A stretch of DNA of 64,000 nucleotides from Bacillota bacterium (GTDB taxonomy: Bacteria > Bacillota > JAAYKD01), in the NCBI GenBank assembly GCA_036744005.1, contig DAINOJ010000003.1, forward strand, positions 29,403 through 93,402, given 5' to 3'. Shown here one piece after another: positions 30,501-36,096 of the stretch (position 1 is the first letter of the stretch; each line of letters starts with the position of its first letter). The notes beneath the pieces were generated by a model. It made no database searches and was not told the origin of the DNA. It saw nothing but the letters and a program-made list of their open reading frames with translations. The translations under genes and the position numbers were made by a program.

Positions 30501-32190
30501 CTACGAAGAGGTGTCACAGGCAGTTCAGCTGGTTTATGGCGGTGATTTTGTGGTCGCGATGATACGCTTGTGGCGAACGAAAAAGTGGGGAAATGCGGAG
30601 TATTGCTTTAGAGAATTGGAACGGTCTTCAGGGATCAACGATCGGGTAGCCATCTTCCGTTACTTACGCATTGCGGGTTTCAGCGAGGAAGAAGCAGCAG
30701 TCGGTTTATACTGGGTGGCGCGAGATGACATGCTCGTGACGTTGAAAGAGGCATACAACCTGCAAAGCGCACTCGAACTCGCCCAAAAGTTGAAACAAGT
30801 CACCGGAGATTTAACGAGTCGATTCTATAGTACGACCTTTGCGAATTACTTAGTATCATTGTTCCCGCAGACTACCAATTACGAAATCGTAAAAGCCTTC
30901 TTAGCGATTGGTCTGCAGATACCACAAACAGGCACCGATTCCATAGCCGGATGGCTGCGCTCGCATGCGAACGTGGGTAAACGCGATAACAGGTTGGCTG
31001 CTTACTTGGGAACGAATAACAATGGATTGAACTTGGAAGTGCATACAGCGATTGAGATTTTAGAAAAAATGGGCTACAATATTCAAGATGCCGTGTATTG
31101 GGCTCTGCAATCAGGATACCAGTGGAAAGATTTTTTGCAGCATATGGTATATCGTTTTGCTCCAGCGAGTTTCCCGACATCTTATTATGATAACAATTCG
31201 TCCTCCAAGTTTGTTGTCATGTATCTAAAGGATTATTATTCTGCACTCGATATTGCAGCAGGCTTACTGGGCTATCATAAGTCCGCAGGAAGGGTACTTG
31301 CGGATCTCATCAGTGGTGGATTTTCCGTGGAAGAAGCGACCTACGCTACATTATGGCAAGGAGGAGGAGCCGCAGTCGATATTGTGGTCAGTTTGGTGGA
31401 TGATAGCATTGGACGAGCCAATACGGCAAGAGATCAATCGTTACGACTGAACGCCGTGCAAGCTACCGAGATAGCGTTCTACAACAGTTTAGCGGTTGCG
31501 TATGATCGTAAAGTAAAAGGACTTCCTTATGAGGACCCCATTACCTTGGAGGATTTAGCGGCAAGTTTGGTCAAGTATGGTCCCAGTGCACAAAGTGGGT
31601 GGAGCAGCCAATATTTCAGCCACTGGGAAGTGCTGACTGCCATGCAAAATATTACCCGAATTTACTTAGAACTCGCCAAGGTGGACATGCCCTACACGGA
31701 AATTGCCCTAGCCACGTTGCGCTTGGCAGGACTCTCGGTTTCGGATGCAGCCGAGATGATGGCAGCACATAAAGTGGGCTTGAGTACCGGTGATGTGATT
31801 ATGAGTGTGCTGGGGTTAGGAAACGAGTGGTTCGATGCCGTCAAAATTCTTGCCGGAAGCGGCTATAGCTTTAGTGACTCAATGTCCGCTGTTTACAATA
31901 ACAGAACCTATCACATGGTGATCGGTATTAGTGTACTCAGTAGCTTGGTCACAACCGCGGTATCGAAACTTAGCAGTATCGCTTCACTGGGAACCTACAT
32001 TAATTATGTCAAACAAACCGCTGTTTTAGGATTTATGATTGGTCAGAATGCTAGTTATACGGATATGTTGCTGCATTTACCCAATTTCTATTTGGGATTC
32101 TTCGGAAAATTGGCCTATGCCGGGGGTAGAGTAGGTTATACTTATATCCCGAAAGATTACCGTGTTGAAACGTATGTGCCTATTCCATAA
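18517..32190 (+). CDS. Giant secreted/surface repeat protein (4557 aa): signal peptide, Ig-like beta-sandwich repeats, InlB B-repeat (Flg_new-type) arrays, Fn3-like repeats, Pro-rich linker, ~1200-aa alpha-helical repeat array, hydrophobic C-terminal tail
   Basis: RBS GAGGAGG 7 nt before ATG. N-terminal hydrophobic signal-like segment. Repeat classes read directly from the translation; no LPXTG, SLH or choline-binding motifs seen. Confidence 0.85.
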   Translation: MFRLGTNQRFIRVIHWLLIFSMIVPQISVVAVVQAQENEQTPRQESVFLSEISSDPVFLRDVPAGSTVQFASYDWLVLDPANGMLIKQSPYGTPVPYDSSTPGGNVYFQPSNASNIGFLLNTTFLSSLSALDQSRIRNVNWEIGPQGHEWEHIVGAKVGLLNTMQVQTEPVASQLQPFLADSWLLTWHAVEYDTYAWASGLSGNYYIGSDLLPTVETDYSVGHNVHPVMYLSPNTPTLSGAVIPPQNEILSFSVPNQRGESVFDYDTSTLTFTVTDLVDLTSIAPQITVSPGATSQVVNGVATDLSIPTTCTVTSSDGFTKNWVLVAQVLSTKTDITEFSVDEMQLVGEDNYATINRSLHTVHFLVPADTDVTQLTPSIYAMMDANIVPETKTTQDFTSPVAYTVTAEAGNSQNWLVTCVRVGDTVPYTVEHYHQDLVGLNYSLNHTQTLSGTLGSTVTASTQSSSGFVENITQANRITSGVTQLDGSLTLRLYYDRTLHRVTYEEDGGSSVADLASLRYGSTLTTPQTPVRTGYQFLGWFTDVDRTQAASFPMILTADTTFYAKWQSTLGEPGDITGFTVRNQKGNSSITRYDGYGSIDLVMPAGSDVQFLSPVITTAAGTTISPASGEIRDFRGSDQYGVEYTASYGEDSTLAWYVRMTLEEEPKEIRTFHVPGQLGDSIINPTDHTVYFVMPFGSDVTTLRPSITVPNWDTVFTGYWWGVQNYYSPTAYDAEDFSYPVEFHVVGSDSIEQSWTATCRVQAETAGYISSFTVPSQVGNSFIDMVNHKVVFHMPYGTDATHLEPTIVVPAGSTLQPLADSVRDYSGLVYFQVTAPGGSPQLWTVQCIVDQNTEKSIAGVTLEKSKGVVIDSALHTVTIKMPAETDVTSLAPQFQLPAGAEIYPSSGIAKDFTSPRQYLVYAQDGSKQLWTVTVLLLGNVTVEHYQMMPSGDWYGVERVNYYYDQQPSSTFTAEAATFVGFVENTTHSSRVPAGTVQAGKTLTLKLYYDRLPYTVQFVENGGSEIADLTHVLYGTWPTRPTPPVKTGYRLENWYTDPEWTNAYQFNVDLTQDLVLYAKWEVTPPVLSPAGGKYAPGITVTADIDCYYTLDGSDPRTSSGVFLAAGASIAIDQTTLVKSCSKLAGEYSPVEETTYEIVTTKYLVSFESNHGSAVEAQEIAYGHRATLPQTPTQYGYTFVHWCSDIHLSEPYDFSTAVYEDITLYAKWTFATLTITFDTQSGSTIEPVSAWFGTYLTEPTPPSKAGYTFKEWNPAFPSTMPGEDITLTAIWTANQYTLHFNSDGGSTVADQLQTYLQPISAPVAPTKTGYTFAGWSPAIPNVMPMSDLTVTAQWTVNQYTITFDSDGGTAVLPITQDYGSTLISPENPTKTGYEFGGWTPFLPATMPAENLTLTAYWGANFYTVTLDTNGGNLIDPIRREVNTVLTAPANPVRAGYIFTSWQPSFPSTMPANNMTITAQWQANSITLSFDSAGGSEVASIVQLCDTTWTPPANPSRAGYTFVAWNPLLPSKIPTSNQTHTAMWSINSYTISFTTAGGSDVASMTEAYNTPLTQPTNPTRTGYTFSGWNPTFPTKMPAENRTLVAQWTPNLYTVTFDSKGGSAVTPVTQEYLKAITLPSNPSKAGHTFTGWYTDAEATLLYDFNTLITGNRTLYAGWQIQSYLVRFEDWDGELLKEETIIYNTASNPPVSPDRMPTAQYFFEFTGWGGDTSKITSATTFTAVYESILRQYTVYYLDTTGTEISTQTVAYDNWAAEPQQPYREGLTFMGWYQDSALINAVTFPVLIQGDMSFYASFKRPGNEILSFEVAGQVGSTSIDSYFNIVSLVVPWHTDRTQLVTTITVSPGALVSPASGVATDLSNGKNFTVTAEDGSQKQWLVMVGEAESPNEIETFKVTGQNGDSIIDPVARTVVFHMPFGSNVTALRPEVTLTYGAYCNIGWFPDMDYGGRNPVDFTYQVKYTVITDQKGSYSYWQEWLVSCVIDPNTAHDFTAFSVQNQVGNSEINTADHTIVFHMPYGTDVTNLQPQWTLSANAAVSLGASIRDYSQPVTMTTRSESGAEQVWQITCVVDPNRANDITQFVVANQVGSSQIDAANHTIVFHMLYNTDVSVLTPQVLISEKATLSPVSGLVRDFRLPQTYEVTSQSLEVQNWTVTCVVDPNRENKIVSLTVPGQIGQTTWDESKQAWVFHVPYGTNIQQLTPSLTLSEEASVNPASGTTLDFSQEQIYTVIAQGGEIQTWAVQCMVEPNQANDILTFVVDRQVGESLIDAALHTVTFHMPYGTNVKTLNPSFTLSERASSDVASGVPRDFTLPVTYGILSDSQDVQLWTVTCVVNPNTENRILGFSVPSQSGSSVIDTNAHTITLAVPYGTPTGAVIPTFTISAKSTVEPGIGASVNLGQPVVYTVTSQSGTAQTWTVTCNILPNTQKNIEHFTVPGQIGDTVIDQINHTVRFEMPFATPVTALTPTLVLSVEASVSPISTAQVDFSQPQTFTVTAQDGTSQAYIVTCIRRNTANDIVSFRVNGQYGSTQIDSVNHSVLFYLFPGTSVSALAPTLECSTGATVSPVSGREQNFSSAVVYTVTAENGTPQLWTVTYRIYYEPEEEVAPPVKPPTPPPEDQPLKPKELEEKIEPLKKTFVQVATDSASGITSKTATLAGRIVAGGGDLTVGFRYRQAGQSDWMYTGTSSQTIGNGGTFSTTLTDLLPGTEYEAEARAANSFGLGEGGVVSWKTTAATAPKVATYEAVGLSLNQATLTGAVLDDGGSVLTNTGFQWGLSEDSASEVSTGIGKLLQTTITDLKPGQKISYRAFAGNAVATTYASWQTFTVPGLVVTTLKPTEITRSSATLQGLIVGSSKIIESGFSISPGDVNLLLANPNAQGEFSVNLQNLKPDAKYYYTAYAKTAVGEFRGEVQELILVNDFPVVETLEATEKATIVANIGGYVIKNSGYKITDSGFVWGMDPNPDQKISVSPGEDLRTLQYKLVGLKGGTTYYYRAYATNEKGTGYGKTMQFITAKALKPTVVTQSVSFDPASWQWVLVGSVANNGGVPLVEYGFRISSDESQWANLVVGFDVRGNYISRGLQFMDELTPGTYYMRAYALNPGGMGEGEILSFKVPTKPSITAAVDRESIVLDHLTLVGTITDTGGSEISCVTTQFKVRKVGESEWTTLGTTQGVFGIGDFRFDASSLSPGAKYELMAEARNQIGWGSSAVVSFQMNYGKTDRDAVTYLKTQGKTATEIATLLKTYYQDSPASAFAALVFGEFSLSDITAAMKQSTYATSHRNVANLIQQAGYDAKALTKVMLEHYDRDVLMMASGNREEGALLLAKVSGYTSVDLAKVCLELFQYDTARTVSRLSTYNFYGQDEAYRAALEVYGLESMIQFLLAQANSSLQRSGQGRMLTILTETTAFLRNVAKLSSEETASVLTRFHAGLSAKELANAFYYAKETVFETGKAIAYLFGSNLSDIARALEDTPLKEERINDYLILDLGASALDMVPIVVDIYNHWMDPKEGCAIIFKTYFKLDAIGAAKVLYAAGWTENVVDYPGYGLGNLIWTMKLHYGYTSDAQLIEVFKALGLSPLEVAKRLVNNSGWRWLPSYRLGGYTATDAAVWLKADWVKYGRRTQISQTIKMCYEAGYEVSDIASALIFHYDLEIAEAMAFFVDNINLSSTAINEALTKAYGKDPLQSAVEKMKGQPLEKILSTLKSTYEVKDPVEVTNLLIKAGYSQEAIFEKMIWTYFESFNRREHLEAFTAYLQQIDSGLNRKDAMNAFLRRNQLAEGPEHAAGFLRHSAQYSMSEIAEIFQNEYQITIAEALTVFFSTFGAGKEVEYYPVVVKAYDMDVSSYIRYQHKRGIDATESTKELIDNFKLTNQIEIAEVLYKSDYNKEAIVQSFLQVYFSGFLSPEVITLMNELDEKVFKQGLSVQIETLTQKGTLQPVTKVITTLYAAGISLTEIIRTLKDLYALSQKEAHDSTMAVSLFSYEEVSQAVQLVYGGDFVVAMIRLWRTKKWGNAEYCFRELERSSGINDRVAIFRYLRIAGFSEEEAAVGLYWVARDDMLVTLKEAYNLQSALELAQKLKQVTGDLTSRFYSTTFANYLVSLFPQTTNYEIVKAFLAIGLQIPQTGTDSIAGWLRSHANVGKRDNRLAAYLGTNNNGLNLEVHTAIEILEKMGYNIQDAVYWALQSGYQWKDFLQHMVYRFAPASFPTSYYDNNSSSKFVVMYLKDYYSALDIAAGLLGYHKSAGRVLADLISGGFSVEEATYATLWQGGGAAVDIVVSLVDDSIGRANTARDQSLRLNAVQATEIAFYNSLAVAYDRKVKGLPYEDPITLEDLAASLVKYGPSAQSGWSSQYFSHWEVLTAMQNITRIYLELAKVDMPYTEIALATLRLAGLSVSDAAEMMAAHKVGLSTGDVIMSVLGLGNEWFDAVKILAGSGYSFSDSMSAVYNNRTYHMVIGISVLSSLVTTAVSKLSSIASLGTYINYVKQTAVLGFMIGQNASYTDMLLHLPNFYLGFFGKLAYAGGRVGYTYIPKDYRVETYVPIP
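21550..23960 (+). repeat. Array of ~11 InlB B-repeat / Flg_new-type ~70-aa repeats within the giant gene
   Basis: Units such as YTVTFDSKGGSAVTPVTQEYLKAITLPSNPSKAGHTFTGWYTD...LYAGW recur with diverged sequence. A further isolated copy lies at ~20000-20220. Confidence 0.7.
23960..26340 (+). repeat. Array of ~13 Ig-like ~87-aa repeats within the giant gene
   Basis: Consensus F.VP.Q.G.S.ID...HT..FHMPYGTDVT.L.P...LS..A.VSP.SG...DF..P..YTVT...G..Q.W.VTC.VDPN. Earlier copies lie at ~19240-19790 and ~20230-21320. Confidence 0.7.
26470..28210 (+). repeat. ~7 Fn3-like ~85-aa repeats within the giant gene
   Basis: Units with TATL.G.I...GG......GF.Y........W......................L.PGT.Y...A.A.N..G.G.G, following the linker EPEEEVAPPVKPPTPPPEDQPLKPKE. 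Confidence 0.6.
28215..31900 (+). repeat. ~19 diverged copies of an unassigned alpha-helical repeat (core L..AGYS.eeIa..L...Y) within the giant gene
   Basis: Recurring units such as LIQQAGYDAKALTKVMLEHYD, MCYEAGYEVSDIASALIFHYD, LLIKAGYSQEAIFEKMIWTYF, LRIAGFSEEEAAVGLYWVARDD and ILEKMGYNIQDAVYWALQSGY, spaced ~60-70 aa apart. Confidence 0.6.
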
Positions 32191-32212
32191 TGAACATTCA
32201 TCCCAAATAGTT

Positions 32213-32262
32213 ATCGTGCCGGTTCCTGTGAAAAGGGAACCGGCACGATTTATTTGTATTTT
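32213..32262 (+). terminator. Strong intrinsic terminator after the giant gene
   Basis: ATCGTGCCGGTTCC-tgtgaaaa-GGAACCGGCACGAT (14-bp stem) followed by TTATTTGTATTTT. Confidence 0.85.
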
Positions 32263-32354
32263 ATTCTAATTTTCTATTGACATATGCTGTGATGTTTGAT
32301 AGTTTTAGAGAGAAGATGTGTTTTGCACAGTAAAGAATGGTTAGGAGGAGGATG

Positions 32355-33203
32355 ATGAGACAAACAGCAGTCTCGGCAGGAAAGCTTCTTTGGGGGAAGT
32401 TACTCTTCATAACATTGGGTGGCTTGATGTTATCGCGTATTGAGAACGGAAGTTCGTATGCATCCCATCTCTTTGTTCTCATCTTGGCATTGTATGAGAG
32501 GACTCCGGTCTTGGAGTCAAAACGCAACCCTTCTCGTCAAGCATGGCTGGGCTTTGCCATGGTCATTTTGAGCGGGTTTTTCCTCACCGGAGTGGCTGGT
32601 TATCTTACCGATGGTGTTTTAGGTCTTCTAGGGTATCGACAAGAGACCTCACATTACATAGAGTTTTTGGGCAGTGGTTGGTCACTGCTTTTTCGTACCT
32701 CTTTATTGGCCCCCATTGCCGAAGAGGTTTTCTTTCGTGGCATTTTATTAAAACGATTGCTGCCTCATGGCATCCTTTTTGCTGCGATTGCTTCTTCGTT
32801 TCTCTTTGCCATACAGCATGGCGTGCTCATTCAGGTTTTCTATGCATTCTTTGTGGGTCTGTTTTTGTGTGCGGTGACTTATCGGTACGGATTACGCTGG
32901 GCAATCGTCATCCACATCTTGAACAATTTGACGATGTCGAGCATTCTTCTGTTGCATTACAATGGCTTACCCGCATCCTACTTAACTAACATCGAAAATA
33001 TCCTTACTGCGTTGGGTGGCCTTTCGATGCTGTTGCTGTTAAAGCAGCGGCGTGAAGTTAAACCCTGGTGGAGAAATTTTCTGCTGGGACAAGAGCAAAC
33101 AAAAGAGAAACTATGGCATTTCTTCAAAGAACATTGGATGTGGACGTATGTTTTATTCAACGTAGTGGTCATGATACCATTTCTGATTTCTCCCTTGGAA
33201 TAA
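32355..33203 (+). CDS. CPBP-family intramembrane metalloprotease (CAAX protease / Abi-type), paralog 1
   Basis: Catalytic-region motifs EEVFFRGILLKRLLPHG and FAIQHG, ending at HILNNL; polytopic. Start at ATG 32355 after GGAGG (ATG 32352 possible). Confidence 0.75.
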   Translation: MRQTAVSAGKLLWGKLLFITLGGLMLSRIENGSSYASHLFVLILALYERTPVLESKRNPSRQAWLGFAMVILSGFFLTGVAGYLTDGVLGLLGYRQETSHYIEFLGSGWSLLFRTSLLAPIAEEVFFRGILLKRLLPHGILFAAIASSFLFAIQHGVLIQVFYAFFVGLFLCAVTYRYGLRWAIVIHILNNLTMSSILLLHYNGLPASYLTNIENILTALGGLSMLLLLKQRREVKPWWRNFLLGQEQTKEKLWHFFKEHWMWTYVLFNVVVMIPFLISPLE

Positions 33204-33241
33204 CGATAGATAGATAAAAATGAGAGAAGAGAGGGAATTAT

Positions 33242-34132
33242 TTGAAACAAGCACTTACGTCTGCAGGGAAGTTACTTTGGAAGCAGATGGCATTCATTAC
33301 CATTGTAGCATTGCTGTTTCGCAAAAATGCGCAAAGCGCGAATTGGGCGGTGCTGGCTTTTGTGCTCTTTGTGGCTTTTCGCGAAAAATTACCGGTTTGG
33401 AAAGAAGAATGTACCCCAACGGGGAAACGATTTGCCGAAATTCTGTTGTTGATCTTTGGGTTTCGTTTGATGACACTGCAGTTGTTTGGGATCATTCAGC
33501 AGTTTTTACAACCCTTGGGGTTAGAACAAAATTTGGAAGCCTATTCCGAATTCTTGGGTTCAGGGTGGAGCATGTTTTTTCTAACTGTGCTGGTTGCCCC
33601 ATTGGGAGAAGAAATTTTATACCGAGGGCTTCTTCTACAGCGCTTGTTGCCACATGGAAAAGGAATGGCGATCTTTCTCCCTGCACTTCTTTTTGCTTCA
33701 CAACACGCCATCTTGACCCAATCCATCCATACTTTTTTTATGGGCGTTTTATTGGGTGCGATTGCTATGCAATACGGGTTGCGTTGGTCGATTCTGCTGC
33801 ATGCTTTGAACAATTTTTTTGTCTTCCTGCAAAGCTCATTGCACCAGCACGACCATGGAATTCAGCAGATGAACAGTGAGTATACCTTGTGGATGAGTCA
33901 AATCCTGAACTGGGTTTTTGTGGGATTGGGTGTACTGGGGATCCTGTACTTCATATGGAAATGGCGGAAGCAACAGCAGGACTGGAAGTCCTGGTGGTTG
34001 GAGTATAGGCCACAACCGGGGCAATGGTGGGAAGTTCTGACCAATGGTTGGATGATCAGTTATTTGGCGTTTAACTTTTTGAGTATGTTACTTTTTCTGC
34101 TAGCACCTCAAATTACCGAGTTGCCACATTAA
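33242..34132 (+). CDS. CPBP-family intramembrane metalloprotease (CAAX protease / Abi-type), paralog 2
   Basis: EEILYRGLLLQRLLPHG, FASQHA, HALNNF. N-terminus (KQALTSAGKLLWKQMAFITI) is paralogous to the upstream gene (RQTAVSAGKLLWGKLLFITL). TTG start after GAGAGGGAA. Confidence 0.7.
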   Translation: MKQALTSAGKLLWKQMAFITIVALLFRKNAQSANWAVLAFVLFVAFREKLPVWKEECTPTGKRFAEILLLIFGFRLMTLQLFGIIQQFLQPLGLEQNLEAYSEFLGSGWSMFFLTVLVAPLGEEILYRGLLLQRLLPHGKGMAIFLPALLFASQHAILTQSIHTFFMGVLLGAIAMQYGLRWSILLHALNNFFVFLQSSLHQHDHGIQQMNSEYTLWMSQILNWVFVGLGVLGILYFIWKWRKQQQDWKSWWLEYRPQPGQWWEVLTNGWMISYLAFNFLSMLLFLLAPQITELPH

Positions 34133-34204
34133 TCAGTGGGAAAGGGTTTTCATACAGGGGAGAAGAATACATAGGAAAGCTTATAGTGGGCTTATTACAA
34201 TAGA

Positions 34205-35119
34205 ATGGAAGTCATTGCGGTGGAAAAAATTCTACGAGAAATTGAAGAACGGCTCTCGGTTTTTGAGAATTTGTATACCTATATACGATTGGTTGAACCC
34301 GAGAAGAAAGAAGCCTGCCATCTACTGGAAAGCAGGGACGATGTAACAAAAGAAACCTGCTATTCTTTTTGGGGGCGGAGTGTGCCTTGTGAAAACTGTA
34401 TATCCATGCGAGCAGTTCAGGAAAGAAAATCGTTTTCCAAAATTGAAATCAGCGATGGTCGTACTTATTTTGTACAGACAGTGCCCTTTTTTATGGAGGG
34501 TGAGACGTATATTGTTGAAATGTTGAAAGACATTACAGAAGATCAAGTGTTGCTGGTGCAAGACCAAGGAGCCATGAGTATAGAGGAATACATTCGTGTC
34601 ATCAACGTCAAATTGGTTACCGACGAGTTGACCGGGTTGTATAATCGACGATTTATTGCAGAGCGGCTACCGGCTGATATTTATTATGCCAAATCACACG
34701 ATTACCCCATTGCCATTGTCATGGCAGACATTGATTATTTTAAGAAAATCAATGACACCTATGGGCATTTGGTGGGAGATTGTGTGTTGAAAGAACTGGC
34801 GAATCTCATGCATCAAAGTGTTTCTGAGCCCATGCATTGGGTGGCACGTTATGGCGGAGAAGAGTTTATGATGGTGCTGAATCATATTGAACAAGAACAA
34901 GTGTGGAGTATGGTCGAACGCTTGCGGCAGAGCATGGAAGCTCATATTTTTCATTGCAATGGACAGAACCTAAGGGTGACTTGTAGCTTTGGCATTAGTT
35001 TTATCCACGACACCGACAGTAACGTGACCAAAGCCATCGAAGATGCCGATCGTTTATTGTATCAAGCCAAGCAATCCGGCAGAAATCGTGCTATTTTGGA
35101 ACCGGCAAAAACCGAATAA
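34205..35119 (+). CDS. Diguanylate cyclase (GGDEF domain, GGEEF active-site motif) with N-terminal Cys-containing sensory domain
   Basis: LTGLYNRRF, ADIDYFKKINDTYGHLVGD, RYGGEEFMM. N-terminal ~130 aa carries CHLL...CYSFWGRSVPCENCISMRAV. Confidence 0.8.
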   Translation: MEVIAVEKILREIEERLSVFENLYTYIRLVEPEKKEACHLLESRDDVTKETCYSFWGRSVPCENCISMRAVQERKSFSKIEISDGRTYFVQTVPFFMEGETYIVEMLKDITEDQVLLVQDQGAMSIEEYIRVINVKLVTDELTGLYNRRFIAERLPADIYYAKSHDYPIAIVMADIDYFKKINDTYGHLVGDCVLKELANLMHQSVSEPMHWVARYGGEEFMMVLNHIEQEQVWSMVERLRQSMEAHIFHCNGQNLRVTCSFGISFIHDTDSNVTKAIEDADRLLYQAKQSGRNRAILEPAKTE

Positions 35120-35127
35120 GGAAACTT

Positions 35128-35159
35128 CCGCTACACCTTAGGGTGTGGCGGATTTTTTT
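35128..35159 (+). terminator. Intrinsic terminator
   Basis: CCGCTACACC-ttag-GGTGTGGCGG followed by ATTTTTTTA. Confidence 0.75.
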
Positions 35160-35181
35160 ACTAAAAAGCGCTATCCCCCTC

Positions 35182-35233
35182 TTGACCGAGTGGTCAAATT
35201 GGTGTAGAATGAAATTAAACCAGTCGGTCAAAT
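35182..35233 (+). promoter_or_regulatory. Promoter (TTGACC-17-TAGAAT) with overlapping inverted repeat TGACCgagtGGTCA and a repeated GGTCAAAT box; candidate TetR operator for the ABC operon
   Basis: -35 at 35182-35187, -10 at 35205-35210. The inverted repeat overlaps the -35 (35183-35196). GGTCAAAT occurs at 35192-35199 and 35226-35233. Confidence 0.55.
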
Positions 35234-35247
35234 AGGAGGTTTATACG

Positions 35248-36096
35248 ATGATTCGAGTTCAACACGTGTACCATGATTACGAAGGTAAAGGGCATTATGC
35301 CGTGGCTGATATTTCTTTTGTTGCTGAAAGTGGCAAGATTTTTGGCTTCTTAGGTCCAAGTGGGGCTGGGAAATCCACAGTGCAAAATATTATGACCGGG
35401 CTACTCCCTTTGCAAAAAGGGGAGGTCTTTTACGATGAGTTATCGGTTCGCCATGTGAAGACCGCTTTTTTTAACCGTGTAGGCGTCTCGTTTGAGCAGC
35501 CCAATGTGTATACCGCCCTCACCGGATATGAAAATCTGGCGTATTTTGCGGCACAATTCTCGGTGCCAACGCTAGATCCCATGAAGCTACTCGACCGAGT
35601 GGGCTTACGTGACTCGGTGCATAAGAAAGCTTCCGAGTATTCAAAGGGCATGAAACAGCGCTTGACCTTAGCCAGGGCATTGATCAACCAAGGAGATTAC
35701 TTGTTCTTAGATGAACCGACTAGTGGGCTCGACCCGGCGACATCGGTTTTAGTCAGAGAGTTGATTCGTGAGCAAGCCAAACGAGGTGCAACGATTTTTC
35801 TAACGACCCATAATATGGAGTTGGCCGATAGTTTGTGTGATACCGTTGCGTTCTTGTCGGACGGGAAAATTCAAGCGATGGATACCCCCAATGCTCTCAA
35901 ACGGACCTATGGCACCAGTCAAGTGAGGGTTACTGTATTAAAGGATGGCAGAGAAGAAGATTCTTTTTTTGACTTGCGTCAGCCACAAGCATTTCATGAG
36001 TTCCTAAAGGAGAACAATGTATTGAAAGTACATTCCATGGAAGCAACCTTAGAAGAAATCTTCCTGAGAGTGACCGGAAAGGAGCTGAAATCATGA
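35248..36096 (+). CDS. ABC transporter ATP-binding protein
   Basis: Walker A GPSGAGKST, ABC signature YSKGMKQR, Walker B LFLDEPTSGLD. RBS AGGAGG. Confidence 0.85.
   Translation: MIRVQHVYHDYEGKGHYAVADISFVAESGKIFGFLGPSGAGKSTVQNIMTGLLPLQKGEVFYDELSVRHVKTAFFNRVGVSFEQPNVYTALTGYENLAYFAAQFSVPTLDPMKLLDRVGLRDSVHKKASEYSKGMKQRLTLARALINQGDYLFLDEPTSGLDPATSVLVRELIREQAKRGATIFLTTHNMELADSLCDTVAFLSDGKIQAMDTPNALKRTYGTSQVRVTVLKDGREEDSFFDLRQPQAFHEFLKENNVLKVHSMEATLEEIFLRVTGKELKS

Noticed and set aside
18558-31180. Numerous 60-175-aa ORFs on the minus strand inside the 4557-aa gene (for example 21775-22131, 22773-23147, 29716-30243)
   Set aside because: They are antisense to a continuous, repeat-supported reading frame, with no start-site support; typical shadow ORFs of a long gene.
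18517-32190. Giant protein considered as an Rhs/polymorphic toxin or RTX toxin
   Set aside because: No YD/Rhs repeats, no GGxGxD nonapeptide repeats, and no identifiable C-terminal toxin domain plus immunity gene pair.
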